From contig JAYTTY010000234.1 of assembly GCA_043744795.1 (NCBI GenBank), positions 993-64,992 on the forward strand: a stretch of 64,000 nt of DNA, read 5' to 3'. The notes below the pieces were generated by a model, which had not been told where the DNA came from, made no database searches, and saw nothing but the letters and a program-made list of their open reading frames with translations. The position numbers and the translations under genes are program-made. The DNA comes from Zavarzinella sp. GTDB taxonomy: Bacteria; Planctomycetota; Planctomycetia; Gemmatales; Gemmataceae. Shown here in pieces: positions 1-9,317 of the stretch; the first letter of the stretch is position 1, and each line of letters starts with the position of its first letter.

Positions 1-847
1 GCGGCTTAAAGCCGCCGGACACGACTTGCCCCAAGGCGACCAATTCCCCTTGGGGGTCGGTGACGGCCAATTCTTCGACGTTGGGATGGCCGATTTTGAT
101 AATCTGGCCGAAGCGGATGCGGCGGGCCTCTTCCGCGCTCACCGTTCGCTGCGGTATTCCCGTCAGCGGAGCGGTGATCGGCCGGGCGGCGGCCAGCGCC
201 TCTTCCTTGGTCGCATCCACCGTGACCGCGTTGTCCAGCGTGAAATCGCCGATGCGGTCGCGGTGCAGAGCCGTGACGTAGCCGCCGGTCCCGAGCGTAT
301 TTCCCAAGTCGCGGGCGACGGAGCGGATGTAAGTTCCCTTGCCGCAGTCGATTCGCAGGCGCAGCGTCGGCCACGCGAATTCCAAAACGACGATGCTGTC
401 GATCCGCACGATCCGCGGGGCCAACTCGACTTCTTCTCCTTTTCGGGCAAGGGCATAAGCCCGTTGGCCGGCGACCTTGGCGGCCGAGAACGCCGGCGGC
501 GTTTGGGTTACGTTGCCGATCATCGTAGCCAGAACTGAGCGAATTTGTTCTTCACTGGCAGGTGTGACGTTCTCGCGCGGCGTGACGACGCCGTCCGCGT
601 CGTCCGTGTCGCTGTCGGCCCCGAGGATGATCGCGGTCGTGTACGTCTTGGGGCTTCGCTGCACATACTCGAGCAGGCGCGTGGCCTGCCCGTAGGCGAG
701 GACGAGGACGCCGGTGGCGAGCGGGTCGAGCGTGCCGCCGTGGCCCAAGCGAGTGCGGTTGGGGAACCAGCGCGCGGCCCGGTTGACCACGTCGCGGGAG
801 GTGAGGCCTTGGGGCTTGTTGACGACGAGAAAGCCGGATGTCTGCAT
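1..847 (-). CDS. truB: tRNA pseudouridine(55) synthase TruB, 3' end runs off the window
   Basis: Manual translation from ATG at 847: MQTSGFLVVNKPQGLTSRDVV...LGHGGTLDPLATGVL...PPAFSAAKVAGQRAYALARKG...CGKGTYIRSVARDLG, which are canonical TruB motifs. Absent from the ORF track because no stop lies in the window. Confidence 0.95.
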   Translation of the reverse strand, partial: MQTSGFLVVNKPQGLTSRDVVNRAARWFPNRTRLGHGGTLDPLATGVLVLAYGQATRLLEYVQRSPKTYTTAIILGADSDTDDADGVVTPRENVTPASEEQIRSVLATMIGNVTQTPPAFSAAKVAGQRAYALARKGEEVELAPRIVRIDSIVVLEFAWPTLRLRIDCGKGTYIRSVARDLGNTLGTGGYVTALHRDRIGDFTLDNAVTVDATKEEALAAARPITAPLTGIPQRTVSAEEARRIRFGQIIKIGHPNVEELAVTDPQGELVALGQVVSGGFKP

Positions 848-867
848 GAGTTCTCGGAGAATGAAAC

Positions 868-900
868 GACCCCGGCGGTTCGCGGGGAACGGCCGGGGTC
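868..900 (-). terminator. GC-rich hairpin, possible intrinsic terminator after the 929..2599 gene
   Basis: GACCCCGGC/GCCGGGGTC arms plus an inner GTTC/GAAC stem, followed on the minus strand by GTTTCATT. Confidence 0.45.
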
Positions 901-928
901 AGGAAACGGCACGGGGTCAACGGGTCAG

Positions 929-2599
929 TTAGTTGTCCTTGTTCTTCTTGGCGTCGCCCATCGCCGCCAAGAACTTAAGGGCCTTCCCTTGAGCGGCGAT
1001 CTTGATCTTCAGGGTGTCGCCCCCTTCGATGGACACCTTGATGGTGTCCGACTTCTTCGAGTCGCCGAAGATCTTCTCGGCGAGCTTCTTCGTGGCGGCG
1101 GCTTCCTTGGCGGACTCGGCCACGGCGGGCACGAGCTTCGCCAAGGCCACTTCCATCTTGAACACGCCGGCATCGACCGCCTTGGAGGCGACGGCCTTCT
1201 TGATGGCCGCCTTGCCGTCCGCGCCGAAGGCGACAATGGCCAAGTCGTCCCGGAACGTCAGGTACACGTCGCTCTTGCCGAAGGACTTTTGCGCGTCTTC
1301 CGGCACGAAGTCGCCGATCTTGAGGACGTGCAGCATCGCGCCGCCGTCCAACTTCTCGGCGTCCAACATGAGGAAATTGCCGACTTCGGGCGGGGCGTCC
1401 TTGGCGGCGGCCTTGATGGCCGCTTCGATCTTCTTCCCCTCGGCCACCTTGACGGCGAACAGGACCGTCAGCTTGCCGTCCTTGTTCGGCCCCAGCACGG
1501 ACAGGCCGGCGTCCAGTTCGCCGGCCTTGGCGGTCGGGAGCAGGGCGTCGATCAGCGGCTGCAACTTCTCTTCCACTTCGCCGGGGGCCTTGGCCTTCTT
1601 CTTTGCTTCCTTAATGGCGTCGTCGATGACCGGCGGCAACAGCTTCTTCAACTCGGAGGCGAGCGACATGCTCAGGTTGACCGACAAGCAACTGTCCGAG
1701 GACAGCACGGCCCCGGCGGCCACGCTCTTGTTTTCCTTAATCGAAGCGAAGTCTTTGGCCAGCTTGCTCCCCTTGAGGCCGGCCATCTCGATTTCGAGGG
1801 CGGCCTCGCCGGACTGCTGATCGACGTTGAACTTGAGGGAGACTTGCTCACCGTCCGTGATGACCGACTTGACCGTGGCGGCAAGCTGATCGATCGACTT
1901 TTCCTTGAACGCCTTCATGGCCGGCGTCTCATTGGGGACCGGGGCCTCTTTGCCGGCGGCCAGTTGATTTTCGATGGCGCCGACGGCCAGCTTCTTCATC
2001 TGCTCCGGCAGGCGGTCGATGCGGGCAGTGATCGAAATGAGGTCCGTGGCCTTGCCGCCGAGCACGTCGTCCGGTTTCGCCAAGGTCTTTTCGGCGATGT
2101 TTTCCGGGTCATTCGCGGTGACGTAGGCGTACTTGTTGGCGAACCGGAAGTAGACCGTCATCGGCGAGTTCGGCGGCGTCGTCTCGTACACGCCGTCCTT
2201 GTTCTTCTTGATGTCCAGCATGGCCCGGTCCTTCAGGGCGCCGAGGAGGGCTTCCTCGTCGGCGACCGGGATCAGGGCGACCACGGGGCTGCTGGTCACT
2301 TCCGGGGTGATCGTGGCGTAGAAGCCGAGCGGGCGCTTCACGTCGATGCCTTCGATCCCCTTCTTGTCGTCGATCAGCGACTTGATGAGGCCGATGCCCT
2401 GCTTCGCCTGCTCCGCCTGGTCTTCGGGGGCGAAGGCGAGGAAGTATTCGGCGGTTTTGATGAGGTCGTTGACGGACTGGACCCGGATCAACAGACTCGG
2501 GCCGTCCGTTTTCTTGTCCGCGGCCGCCGCCGGCCGGGCGGCGACGGGCAGCAGCGCGCACGCCGCGACGACGAACAAACGGGCCAAACGCAAACGCAT
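929..2599 (-). CDS. Secreted hypothetical protein (556 aa, Ala/Lys-rich)
   Basis: Long ORF with host-like codon usage and an N-terminal signal peptide (RLARLFVVAACALLPVAA); no family recognised. Confidence 0.8.
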   Translation of the reverse strand: MRLRLARLFVVAACALLPVAARPAAAADKKTDGPSLLIRVQSVNDLIKTAEYFLAFAPEDQAEQAKQGIGLIKSLIDDKKGIEGIDVKRPLGFYATITPEVTSSPVVALIPVADEEALLGALKDRAMLDIKKNKDGVYETTPPNSPMTVYFRFANKYAYVTANDPENIAEKTLAKPDDVLGGKATDLISITARIDRLPEQMKKLAVGAIENQLAAGKEAPVPNETPAMKAFKEKSIDQLAATVKSVITDGEQVSLKFNVDQQSGEAALEIEMAGLKGSKLAKDFASIKENKSVAAGAVLSSDSCLSVNLSMSLASELKKLLPPVIDDAIKEAKKKAKAPGEVEEKLQPLIDALLPTAKAGELDAGLSVLGPNKDGKLTVLFAVKVAEGKKIEAAIKAAAKDAPPEVGNFLMLDAEKLDGGAMLHVLKIGDFVPEDAQKSFGKSDVYLTFRDDLAIVAFGADGKAAIKKAVASKAVDAGVFKMEVALAKLVPAVAESAKEAAATKKLAEKIFGDSKKSDTIKVSIEGGDTLKIKIAAQGKALKFLAAMGDAKKNKDN

Positions 2600-2848
2600 G
2601 TCAGCTCCTTGAGAGTAATTTCATCCTGCGACGACAGGGAATACCCGGGCGGGCCGCGCGGGGTTACACATGGGCAATGTATTTTCTACGGGGCCGACTC
2701 GCCACCGCCCTGTGAGGAAGTTACGCCGGGGCCGGAGATTCCCCATTTTGCCCGCCACGGCGAACCGATAAGATTTGGGGAGAACTTTTCGCCGCGGGCG
2801 ATGTCCTTCCACCCATTCACGGCCGCTTCTTCGGGACGGAATCACGGA

Positions 2849-3817
2849 ATGTCAGAACCGATCAGCAAAAATCTCACCGTTGACAGCCGCGAAGAGGCGA
2901 TTCTGCTGTTCGGCCCGCGGGACCAATACCTGAAGCTCATCCGGGACGCCCTGAACGTCCTCGTCGTCGCCCGCGGGGACGTGATCCAAATCAGCGGGAC
3001 CGACGAGGCCGTCGCCCAGGGGGAACGCGCGATCCAGCAAATGCGGGGCATGCTGCGGAACAACGGCCACATGGCCGCCGAGGACGTGAAAACGATCCTG
3101 GAAGTCATCCGGGCCGGGTCCGAGCGCGTCTCCCCGCAAAACCTGACCATGCTCGACGGCGGCAAATACCTGCGGCCGCGGACGGACGGGCAGGGCCGCT
3201 ACGTCCAAGCCATGCGCGACAACGACGTGGTCCTCTGCATCGGCCCGGCCGGGACCGGGAAGACATTCTTGGCCGTCGGCATGGCCGTCACCATGCTGCG
3301 GCAAGGGCTGGTGAAGAAGATCGTCTTGGTCCGGCCGGCCGTGGAGGCGGGGGAACGCCTCGGCTTCCTGCCCGGCGACTTGGTGGCCAAGATCAACCCG
3401 TACCTGCGGCCGCTGTTCGACGCCATGAACGACCTGATCGACAACGAGCAAGTCAAGAAGTACATGGAAAACGACGTGGTGGAGATCGTCCCCCTCGCGT
3501 TCATGCGCGGCCGGACGCTGAACCAAGCGGCCATCATTCTGGACGAAGGCCAGAACGCGACGGTTGCCCAGATGAAGATGTTCCTCACCCGCATGGGCAT
3601 GGGGTCCAAGATCATTGTCACCGGCGACACGACGCAAATCGACTTGCCGCCGACCTCGAAGAGTGGGTTGATCGACGCCGTCCAGCGGCTCAAGGGCATC
3701 CCGCGGCTCGGGATCGTCCACTTGGACACCACGGACATCGTCCGCCATGCGTTGGTGCAGGAAATCGTCAACGCCTACGACGAGGAATTCCGGCGCCGCG
3801 TGCCGCCGCGGCAGTAA
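2849..3817 (+). CDS. phoH: PhoH-family ATPase
   Basis: GPAGTGKT Walker A, RPAVEAGERLGFLPGD, PLAFMRGRTL, ILDEGQN, GDTTQIDLP motifs. Start placed at MSEPISK (2849) inside the longer track ORF. Confidence 0.93.
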   Translation: MSEPISKNLTVDSREEAILLFGPRDQYLKLIRDALNVLVVARGDVIQISGTDEAVAQGERAIQQMRGMLRNNGHMAAEDVKTILEVIRAGSERVSPQNLTMLDGGKYLRPRTDGQGRYVQAMRDNDVVLCIGPAGTGKTFLAVGMAVTMLRQGLVKKIVLVRPAVEAGERLGFLPGDLVAKINPYLRPLFDAMNDLIDNEQVKKYMENDVVEIVPLAFMRGRTLNQAAIILDEGQNATVAQMKMFLTRMGMGSKIIVTGDTTQIDLPPTSKSGLIDAVQRLKGIPRLGIVHLDTTDIVRHALVQEIVNAYDEEFRRRVPPRQ

Positions 3818-3821
3818 GCCA

Positions 3822-3853
3822 GAAAGCCCACGGACGGCCGCCCGTGGGCTTTC
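3822..3853. terminator. Palindrome between convergent phoH and hflX; bidirectional terminator or REP-like
   Basis: GAAAGCCCACGG / CCGTGGGCTTTC perfect 12-bp arms with an 8-nt loop. Confidence 0.65.
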
Positions 3854-3860
3854 AAGGCTT

Positions 3861-5153
3861 TCAGTGTTCCAGCGGACGGATGACGCCGCCGTCGGCTTCC
3901 ACGTGCCGAATCAGGTAGCGCGGGATGCGGCCCTGAATGATGACTTGTTGGTCCCGGTACTCCTGCCGGTAGACTTCCGCGTGGGCGGCCATGTACGACT
4001 GCACTTTGCCGTTGGCGGCGTCGGCGGTGACGACGACTTCTACGAAGTCTTTGGTCAGGGCGATCACGACGGCTTCCGTCAGTTGGTCGATGCCCTCGCC
4101 GGTCGCCCCACTGACCGCCACGGCCTTCGGGTGCAGCGCCATCATCACGTGCAGGTTTGATCGGTCTTCGATCTTGTCGATCTTGTTCAACACCAGAATG
4201 GTCGGCTTGTCCGCGCAGCCCAGTTCTTCCAACACCCCGTTGACGGCCTTGATTTGCTCTTCGGCCTGCGGGTTGCTCGCGTCCACGATGTGCAGCAAGA
4301 GCCGGGCCTGTCGGGCTTCCGTCAGCGTCGCCTTGAAGGAGGCCACCAAATGGTGGGGCAGTTCGCGGATGAAGCCGACGGTGTCGCTCAACAGCACTTT
4401 GCCGAAGTCGCGGATCATCCATTGTCGGGTGCGGGTGTCCAGCGTGGAGAACAACTTGTTCTCCACGTACACGTCCGCGTCCGTGAGCTTGTTCATGAGC
4501 CGACTTTTGCCGGCGTTGGTGTAGCCCACCAGTGAGACCGTATGCTCCTCGGCCCGGGTCCTTACTTCGCGTTCCTTGCGGGCCTGCACGACGACGAGTT
4601 TTTCTTTCAAGTCGCGGATGCGGCCGCCGACGATGCGGCGGTCTTCTTCGAGTTGCGTTTCACCGGGGCCGCGCATGCCGATGCCGCCCTGGTAGCGGGA
4701 TAAGTGACTCCACGCCTGCTTGAGCCGGGGCAGCGAGTATTCCATCTGGGCAAGTTCGACTTGCAGGCGGGCTTCCGGCGTGCGGGCGCGGGTGGCGAAG
4801 ATGTCCAGGATCACTTCGCTGCGGTCCAGCACCTTGACGTTGATGGCCTTTTCCAAGTTCCGGACTTGGGCCGGGCTGAGGTCGTTGTCGAAGATCACCA
4901 CGTCCGCGCCGGTCGCCTCGGCCAGTTCGGCCAGTTCCTTCACCTTGCCGGTGCCGATGTACGTCCCCGCGACGATGTCCCGGCGCTTCTGCAACAGCTC
5001 GCCGACGACCTTGGCCCCGGCCGTCTCGGCCAGCCCGCGAATCTCGTCGAACGGGTTGTCTTCCGCGAGCCACGGCCGGTCCGGCGTGGACATGGAGACC
5101 AAAATCGCCTTCTCCTGGCGGCCGGACATGCCTTCCCGCGACTGATCGAACAT
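3861..5153 (-). CDS. hflX: GTPase HflX
   Basis: ILDIFATRART, LQVELAQMEY, GPGETQLE, GYTNAGKS (G1), FSTLDT (G2), DTVGF (G3), NKID (G4). Confidence 0.96.
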   Translation of the reverse strand: MFDQSREGMSGRQEKAILVSMSTPDRPWLAEDNPFDEIRGLAETAGAKVVGELLQKRRDIVAGTYIGTGKVKELAELAEATGADVVIFDNDLSPAQVRNLEKAINVKVLDRSEVILDIFATRARTPEARLQVELAQMEYSLPRLKQAWSHLSRYQGGIGMRGPGETQLEEDRRIVGGRIRDLKEKLVVVQARKEREVRTRAEEHTVSLVGYTNAGKSRLMNKLTDADVYVENKLFSTLDTRTRQWMIRDFGKVLLSDTVGFIRELPHHLVASFKATLTEARQARLLLHIVDASNPQAEEQIKAVNGVLEELGCADKPTILVLNKIDKIEDRSNLHVMMALHPKAVAVSGATGEGIDQLTEAVVIALTKDFVEVVVTADAANGKVQSYMAAHAEVYRQEYRDQQVIIQGRIPRYLIRHVEADGGVIRPLEH

Positions 5154-5252
5154 GGATGCGATGGCGTAGCTCCCCTCGGTCTGGTTTTCGGGTCGGTGTG
5201 AAAGTTAATTGTACCCCGGCGGCCCACGCATCGAACACGGGTCAAGAAAAGA

Positions 5253-5366
5253 GAAGAGTGTTGAACCACAAAGAACACAAAGGTCACAAAGGGCGAGCAA
5301 GAACGGCCGCGACCATTTCCTCCCTTCCTTCGTGTTCTTTGTGTCCTTTGTGGTTCAACACTCTTC
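5253..5366. repeat. Long imperfect inverted repeat built from 9-nt (xxCACAAAG) units, REP/MITE-like
   Basis: 39-bp arms at 5253-5291 and 5328-5366; the outer 21 bp are perfectly complementary. Confidence 0.8.
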
Positions 5367-5407
5367 CCTTGTCGATCTGGGGCAAATTATTCTGCTTCTC
5401 CGTCCAT

Positions 5408-6136
5408 TCACTTTGTCACGAACGCGAACAACGCCGGCTGGACCGCCAGCATCGTCACGGCCCAGAAAGCCAGGCCGATCGCGCAAGCGTTGCCGAACTC
5501 GAATCGCATGACGAGGCAGAACACGGCGCACCACAGAGCCGCGTGAAAAAAGTTGGCGAATAAGTTTCCGATGAGGGACCACGAGCGGATGCGGTTCACG
5601 GTGCCTAACGCGACCTCATCGACATACCGAGTGGTTTTCGGTTGGACGTACCGCAGGGCCGTGGCGGGGAATTTGCCGTCCGGGGCCAGTTGGGCGTCGA
5701 ACCGCGTCGGCTCGGCCTGGTCCTTTTCCTTGATGAGAATCGCCACCACCATCGCTTCGGAGTCCGACCGCGACCACGGCTTTTGCCCGTCGGTCGTCAG
5801 GAACTCCGTCGTCGCCCCCTTGCCGCTCAAGGACCGGACGAATTTCACCGGCGGCTTTTCGACGGCGCCGACTTTGCGCACCGACTCGAATTCGGTGTAC
5901 ATGCCCTCGGTCTTCTCCCGGCTGAAATTCAACAGCGTGTCGAACCGGCCCGGGTCGGCCTTGTAGATGACGCACCAGCCCGACAAGAACCCCGCCATGA
6001 CAAGCGCCCCGACGGCGGCCCGCAGCGGCAACTTGCTGGCGAGGTCGCTGTACAGCCACCCTTGCAAGTACACCGAGCCGATCCAGAGGAGGGCGAAGAT
6101 GCCGACGAAGAGAAGCCCGAAGATCACCGGAAGCAC
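5408..6136 (-). CDS. Hypothetical membrane protein (two N-terminal and two C-terminal hydrophobic segments)
   Basis: GTG start at 6136 preceded by GAGG; hydrophobic helices flank a soluble middle domain. Confidence 0.7.
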   Translation of the reverse strand: MLPVIFGLLFVGIFALLWIGSVYLQGWLYSDLASKLPLRAAVGALVMAGFLSGWCVIYKADPGRFDTLLNFSREKTEGMYTEFESVRKVGAVEKPPVKFVRSLSGKGATTEFLTTDGQKPWSRSDSEAMVVAILIKEKDQAEPTRFDAQLAPDGKFPATALRYVQPKTTRYVDEVALGTVNRIRSWSLIGNLFANFFHAALWCAVFCLVMRFEFGNACAIGLAFWAVTMLAVQPALFAFVTK

Positions 6137-6262
6137 GGGAGCCTCATTCCGCGGGGAGCCGTTGTCCGTGATTGTACGGACGCGCGGGGCACAGTCACCC
6201 GCCGCCGTAACAGTCGCCGACCCCGTAGGATAACACGGTTTCACCCGACCGGGGCGCGACCG

Positions 6263-7453
6263 ATGAGCAAGACGCTGTACTCCCATCTCACGGGGGAACT
6301 GGAAAGACTAAAGGCCAACGGCCTCTACAAGAAGGAACGGCTGATCGAGTCGCCGCAGGGGGCGACGGTCACCGTCAACGGGCGGGAAGTCCTCAACTTC
6401 TGCGCCAACAATTACCTCGGCCTCGCCAACCACCCCGAAGTCGTGCGGGCGGCCCGCGAGGGGTTGGAAACGTGGGGCTTCGGGCTGTCGTCCGTGCGGT
6501 TCATCTGCGGGACGCAGACGCGACACCAACAACTGGAACGCCAGATCGCGGAGTTCTTCGGCAAGGAAGACGCGATCCTGTACATCTCGTGTTTCGACGC
6601 CAACGGCGGGCTGTTCGAGCCGCTGCTCGGCGAGGAAGACGCGGTCCTCAGCGACGAATTGAACCACGCCAGCATCATCGACGGCGTGCGGCTCTGCAAG
6701 GCGAAGCGGTTCCGCTACAAGCACAACGACATGGCCGACCTGAAGGCCAAACTGGAAGAGGCCAAGGGCTGTCGGTTCCGGCTGATCTTCACGGACAGCG
6801 TCTTCAGCATGGACGGCGACTTGGCGAAACTCCCGCAGATGTGCGACCTGGCCGACGAGTACGACGCCTTGGCGGCCATCGACGACTGCCACGGGACCGG
6901 CCACCTCGGCGCCGGCGGCCGCGGGGCGGCCGAAGAGTTGGGCGTGCTGGACCGCATCGACATCATTACCAGCACTTTGGGTAAAACCGCCGGCGGCGGG
7001 GCAGGGGGCTTCACCACCGGGAAAAAGCAAGTCATCGACTGGCTCAAGAACCGCTCCCGGCCGTACCTGTTCTCGAACTCGGTGCCGCCGTCGCTGGTCG
7101 CGGCCGGCTCAAAAGCCTTGGAAATCATCGCCCGTTCCGGGGACTTGCGGACGCGACTCAAGGACAACACCCGCCGCATGCGCGCCGGGCTGGAAGGGGC
7201 CGGCTTCACGCTCAAGCCGGGGCCGACGCCCATTCTGCCAGTGATGCTCGGGGACGCCTCGCTGGCGACGGCAATGGCCGACAAGTTGCTCGCCCTCGGC
7301 ATCTACGTGGTCGGGTTCAGCTACCCGGTCGTCCCGCAGGGGCAGGCCCGCATTCGCCTTCAAGTGTCCGCGGCCCACACGGTCCCGCAGATCGACCGGG
7401 CGATTGAGGCGTTCAAGGCGGTCGGGCAAGAACTCGGTGTCGTGGCTCACTGA
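6263..7453 (+). CDS. kbl: Glycine C-acetyltransferase (2-amino-3-ketobutyrate CoA ligase)
   Basis: [44 protein letters not shown] (PLP lysine), [14 protein letters not shown]. Confidence 0.95.
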   Translation: MSKTLYSHLTGELERLKANGLYKKERLIESPQGATVTVNGREVLNFCANNYLGLANHPEVVRAAREGLETWGFGLSSVRFICGTQTRHQQLERQIAEFFGKEDAILYISCFDANGGLFEPLLGEEDAVLSDELNHASIIDGVRLCKAKRFRYKHNDMADLKAKLEEAKGCRFRLIFTDSVFSMDGDLAKLPQMCDLADEYDALAAIDDCHGTGHLGAGGRGAAEELGVLDRIDIITSTLGKTAGGGAGGFTTGKKQVIDWLKNRSRPYLFSNSVPPSLVAAGSKALEIIARSGDLRTRLKDNTRRMRAGLEGAGFTLKPGPTPILPVMLGDASLATAMADKLLALGIYVVGFSYPVVPQGQARIRLQVSAAHTVPQIDRAIEAFKAVGQELGVVAH

Positions 7454-7488
7454 CCTGTGAACCCGACCCGCGGGACGATGGCCGAGGG

Positions 7489-8250
7489 TTACTGTGCCAC
7501 CGGCTTCAAGGCCGTCACGCGGAAGCGCGGGGCCGCCTTCGAATCCTTGTCCAACACTTCCCCCTCGACATGGACGAGCTTGCCGCTCTCCATGACGCCT
7601 TCAAAATCGCCGACCCCCGTGAGGGTGACGCTGCCGCCGAACTTGTCGTCCGCGTCCAAACCGGCGTAGCGGAGGCGCCACTCCTTTTTGGAGTGGGAGT
7701 ACGCCAACTCGCCGACCACCCAGCCGAAGTCCGCCGCGTGGCCGGCCTTCGGGTTGGCCGCGAACGCGGGGAGCGTCCCTTTGGTGAAGTCCGTCACCTG
7801 TTGTGGGGCCGGTTCCACGACCGGGGCCGCGATGGGCGCCGGCTTGACGGCCGGCGCTATGATGCCCGTCACGCCGTTCGCCGGCGGCGCGGTGACGACC
7901 GGGGTCGCCGTGAGGGCCGGCGGACTGGGCAGGATCGCCGGAATCATCGGCGCCGGGCCGGTCTTGATGACGGGCGTGGCGATCTGCTCGGCCGGCAGCG
8001 GCTTCGCCGTCACTTTGTCGGGAAGCGTCGCGGGCCGGCCCGCCGGGGGCGGATTGATGGTAGGCTTGGCTTCGCCGTCCAATGCTTCGTACACGCCCGT
8101 CTTGCCGCTCGGGTGGTCTTGGACCACCATCATGCCCACGGGGTCGGAAACGACCGGGCGGCCCCGGTGGTGGCCCGCGTGGTGACACCCCATCACGCTG
8201 AACACTCCCAGCGCGCAGCCGGCGCCGATGATTGCGGTCGATGTACGCAT
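7489..8250 (-). CDS. Putative lipoprotein with Pro-rich linker and small C-terminal beta domain
   Basis: Signal peptide ending VMGC, Pro/Ala/Thr-rich middle, globular C-terminus (WRLRYAGLDADDKFGGSVTL). Confidence 0.7.
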   Translation of the reverse strand: MRTSTAIIGAGCALGVFSVMGCHHAGHHRGRPVVSDPVGMMVVQDHPSGKTGVYEALDGEAKPTINPPPAGRPATLPDKVTAKPLPAEQIATPVIKTGPAPMIPAILPSPPALTATPVVTAPPANGVTGIIAPAVKPAPIAAPVVEPAPQQVTDFTKGTLPAFAANPKAGHAADFGWVVGELAYSHSKKEWRLRYAGLDADDKFGGSVTLTGVGDFEGVMESGKLVHVEGEVLDKDSKAAPRFRVTALKPVAQ

Positions 8251-8468
8251 GGCTCCATCCGTCCTTTGCCGTTCCGGGGGCGGTGCGCGCCCGGGACGGC
8301 GAAAATGTTCGGTGCAAGTCTCTCACCGAACCCATCGGCCACAAGTTGGGCGGGCCGCGTGAAAAATCGGCAATACCGGAACCCCGGCAAGCAAGGCGGT
8401 TCGGGTGGCGCGGGTTGTTCAACATGGCGAAGGTGGGTAAGGATTGTGCGACTTCCAAAATTTTCCAC

Positions 8469-8496
8469 TTGCAAGCCCGGTGATCCCGGTTATAAG
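8469..8496 (+). promoter_or_regulatory. Possible sigma70-type promoter for the TPR gene
   Basis: TTGCAA-16 nt-TATAAG about 60 bp upstream of an AAGGAGG-preceded ATG. Confidence 0.3.
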
Positions 8497-8555
8497 GGGT
8501 AGTGCTGGGCATGATGTCCGGCAACAAGCGTGTGAACCCGCAAGGAGGCGGCGAC

Positions 8556-9314
8556 ATGAGCGACATCCTGTCTTTTCAGCACCGGACACTGGCACGAGGC
8601 CGACACATGCTTGACTTAGGCCGCCCGCAAGACGCGCGCGTGATACTGGAGCAGCTCTTATCCATGCCGGCGGCCGACGGGCCGTTCCGGTTGGAAATCC
8701 TCCGCACCCTCAGCCAAATCGAGTTCCACGCGAATCGGCACCGCCTCGCGCGGGCCTACCTGCGCCAGGCGATCGCCTTGGCGCCCGGCGACGCGAACCT
8801 GCTCGAACTGTTCGCCCTGAACATCGAAGCCGACGGTTCGACGCGATTGAAGCGGGGGTTGAAGGCGGCCGGCCGGGCGTTGCGAATTGACCCCCGCGAG
8901 CCGCGTTTCGCGGCCCTGCTGGGCCGGATCGCGATGGCGATGGGCAAGCGGCGGCTGGCCCGCCGGGCCTTTCGCCGGGTCGCCAAGCTCAACCCGACAG
9001 CCGTGGACGTGCTGGGGACGGCCATGACCGGGTTCCTGCAACTCGGGTTGCCGCAGGAAGCCATGAAATTGTTGATGATGGCCCGCGTGGAAATGGAAAA
9101 CTGCGTCGAGTTGCGAACCCTGTGGGACCGGCTGCGGTTCGAGTTGGGCCGGGGCCGGCACCGCGACATCGCGGACGCGCCGGCCGTGCTGTCCTTCCCC
9201 GTCAACCGCGTCTCGACCGGGACACGCCCGCCGGGCGACGGGATCCTGCGGGCGGACCGCGGGTCGGCGGTGGGCGCCCCGCACATCCTGCGGCGGGTCA
9301 ATCAAGGCCGTTGA
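8556..9314 (+). CDS. Tetratricopeptide-repeat protein
   Basis: AAGGAGG RBS before ATG 8556; TPR-like helical pairs (ARAYLRQAIALAPGD, AGRALRIDPREP, FRRVAKLNP). Confidence 0.75.
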   Translation: MSDILSFQHRTLARGRHMLDLGRPQDARVILEQLLSMPAADGPFRLEILRTLSQIEFHANRHRLARAYLRQAIALAPGDANLLELFALNIEADGSTRLKRGLKAAGRALRIDPREPRFAALLGRIAMAMGKRRLARRAFRRVAKLNPTAVDVLGTAMTGFLQLGLPQEAMKLLMMARVEMENCVELRTLWDRLRFELGRGRHRDIADAPAVLSFPVNRVSTGTRPPGDGILRADRGSAVGAPHILRRVNQGR

Positions 9315-9317
9315 GAC

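Noticed and set aside
545-2848. 1090-aa ORF appearing to give PhoH a huge N-terminal extension
   Set aside because: The extension is the antisense shadow of truB and the 929..2599 gene in GC-rich DNA; PhoH homology begins at 2849
5156-5582. Short ORFs containing NHKEHKGHK or FVFFVVQH
   Set aside because: They are read-throughs of the 9-nt periodic palindrome with no RBS or coding signal
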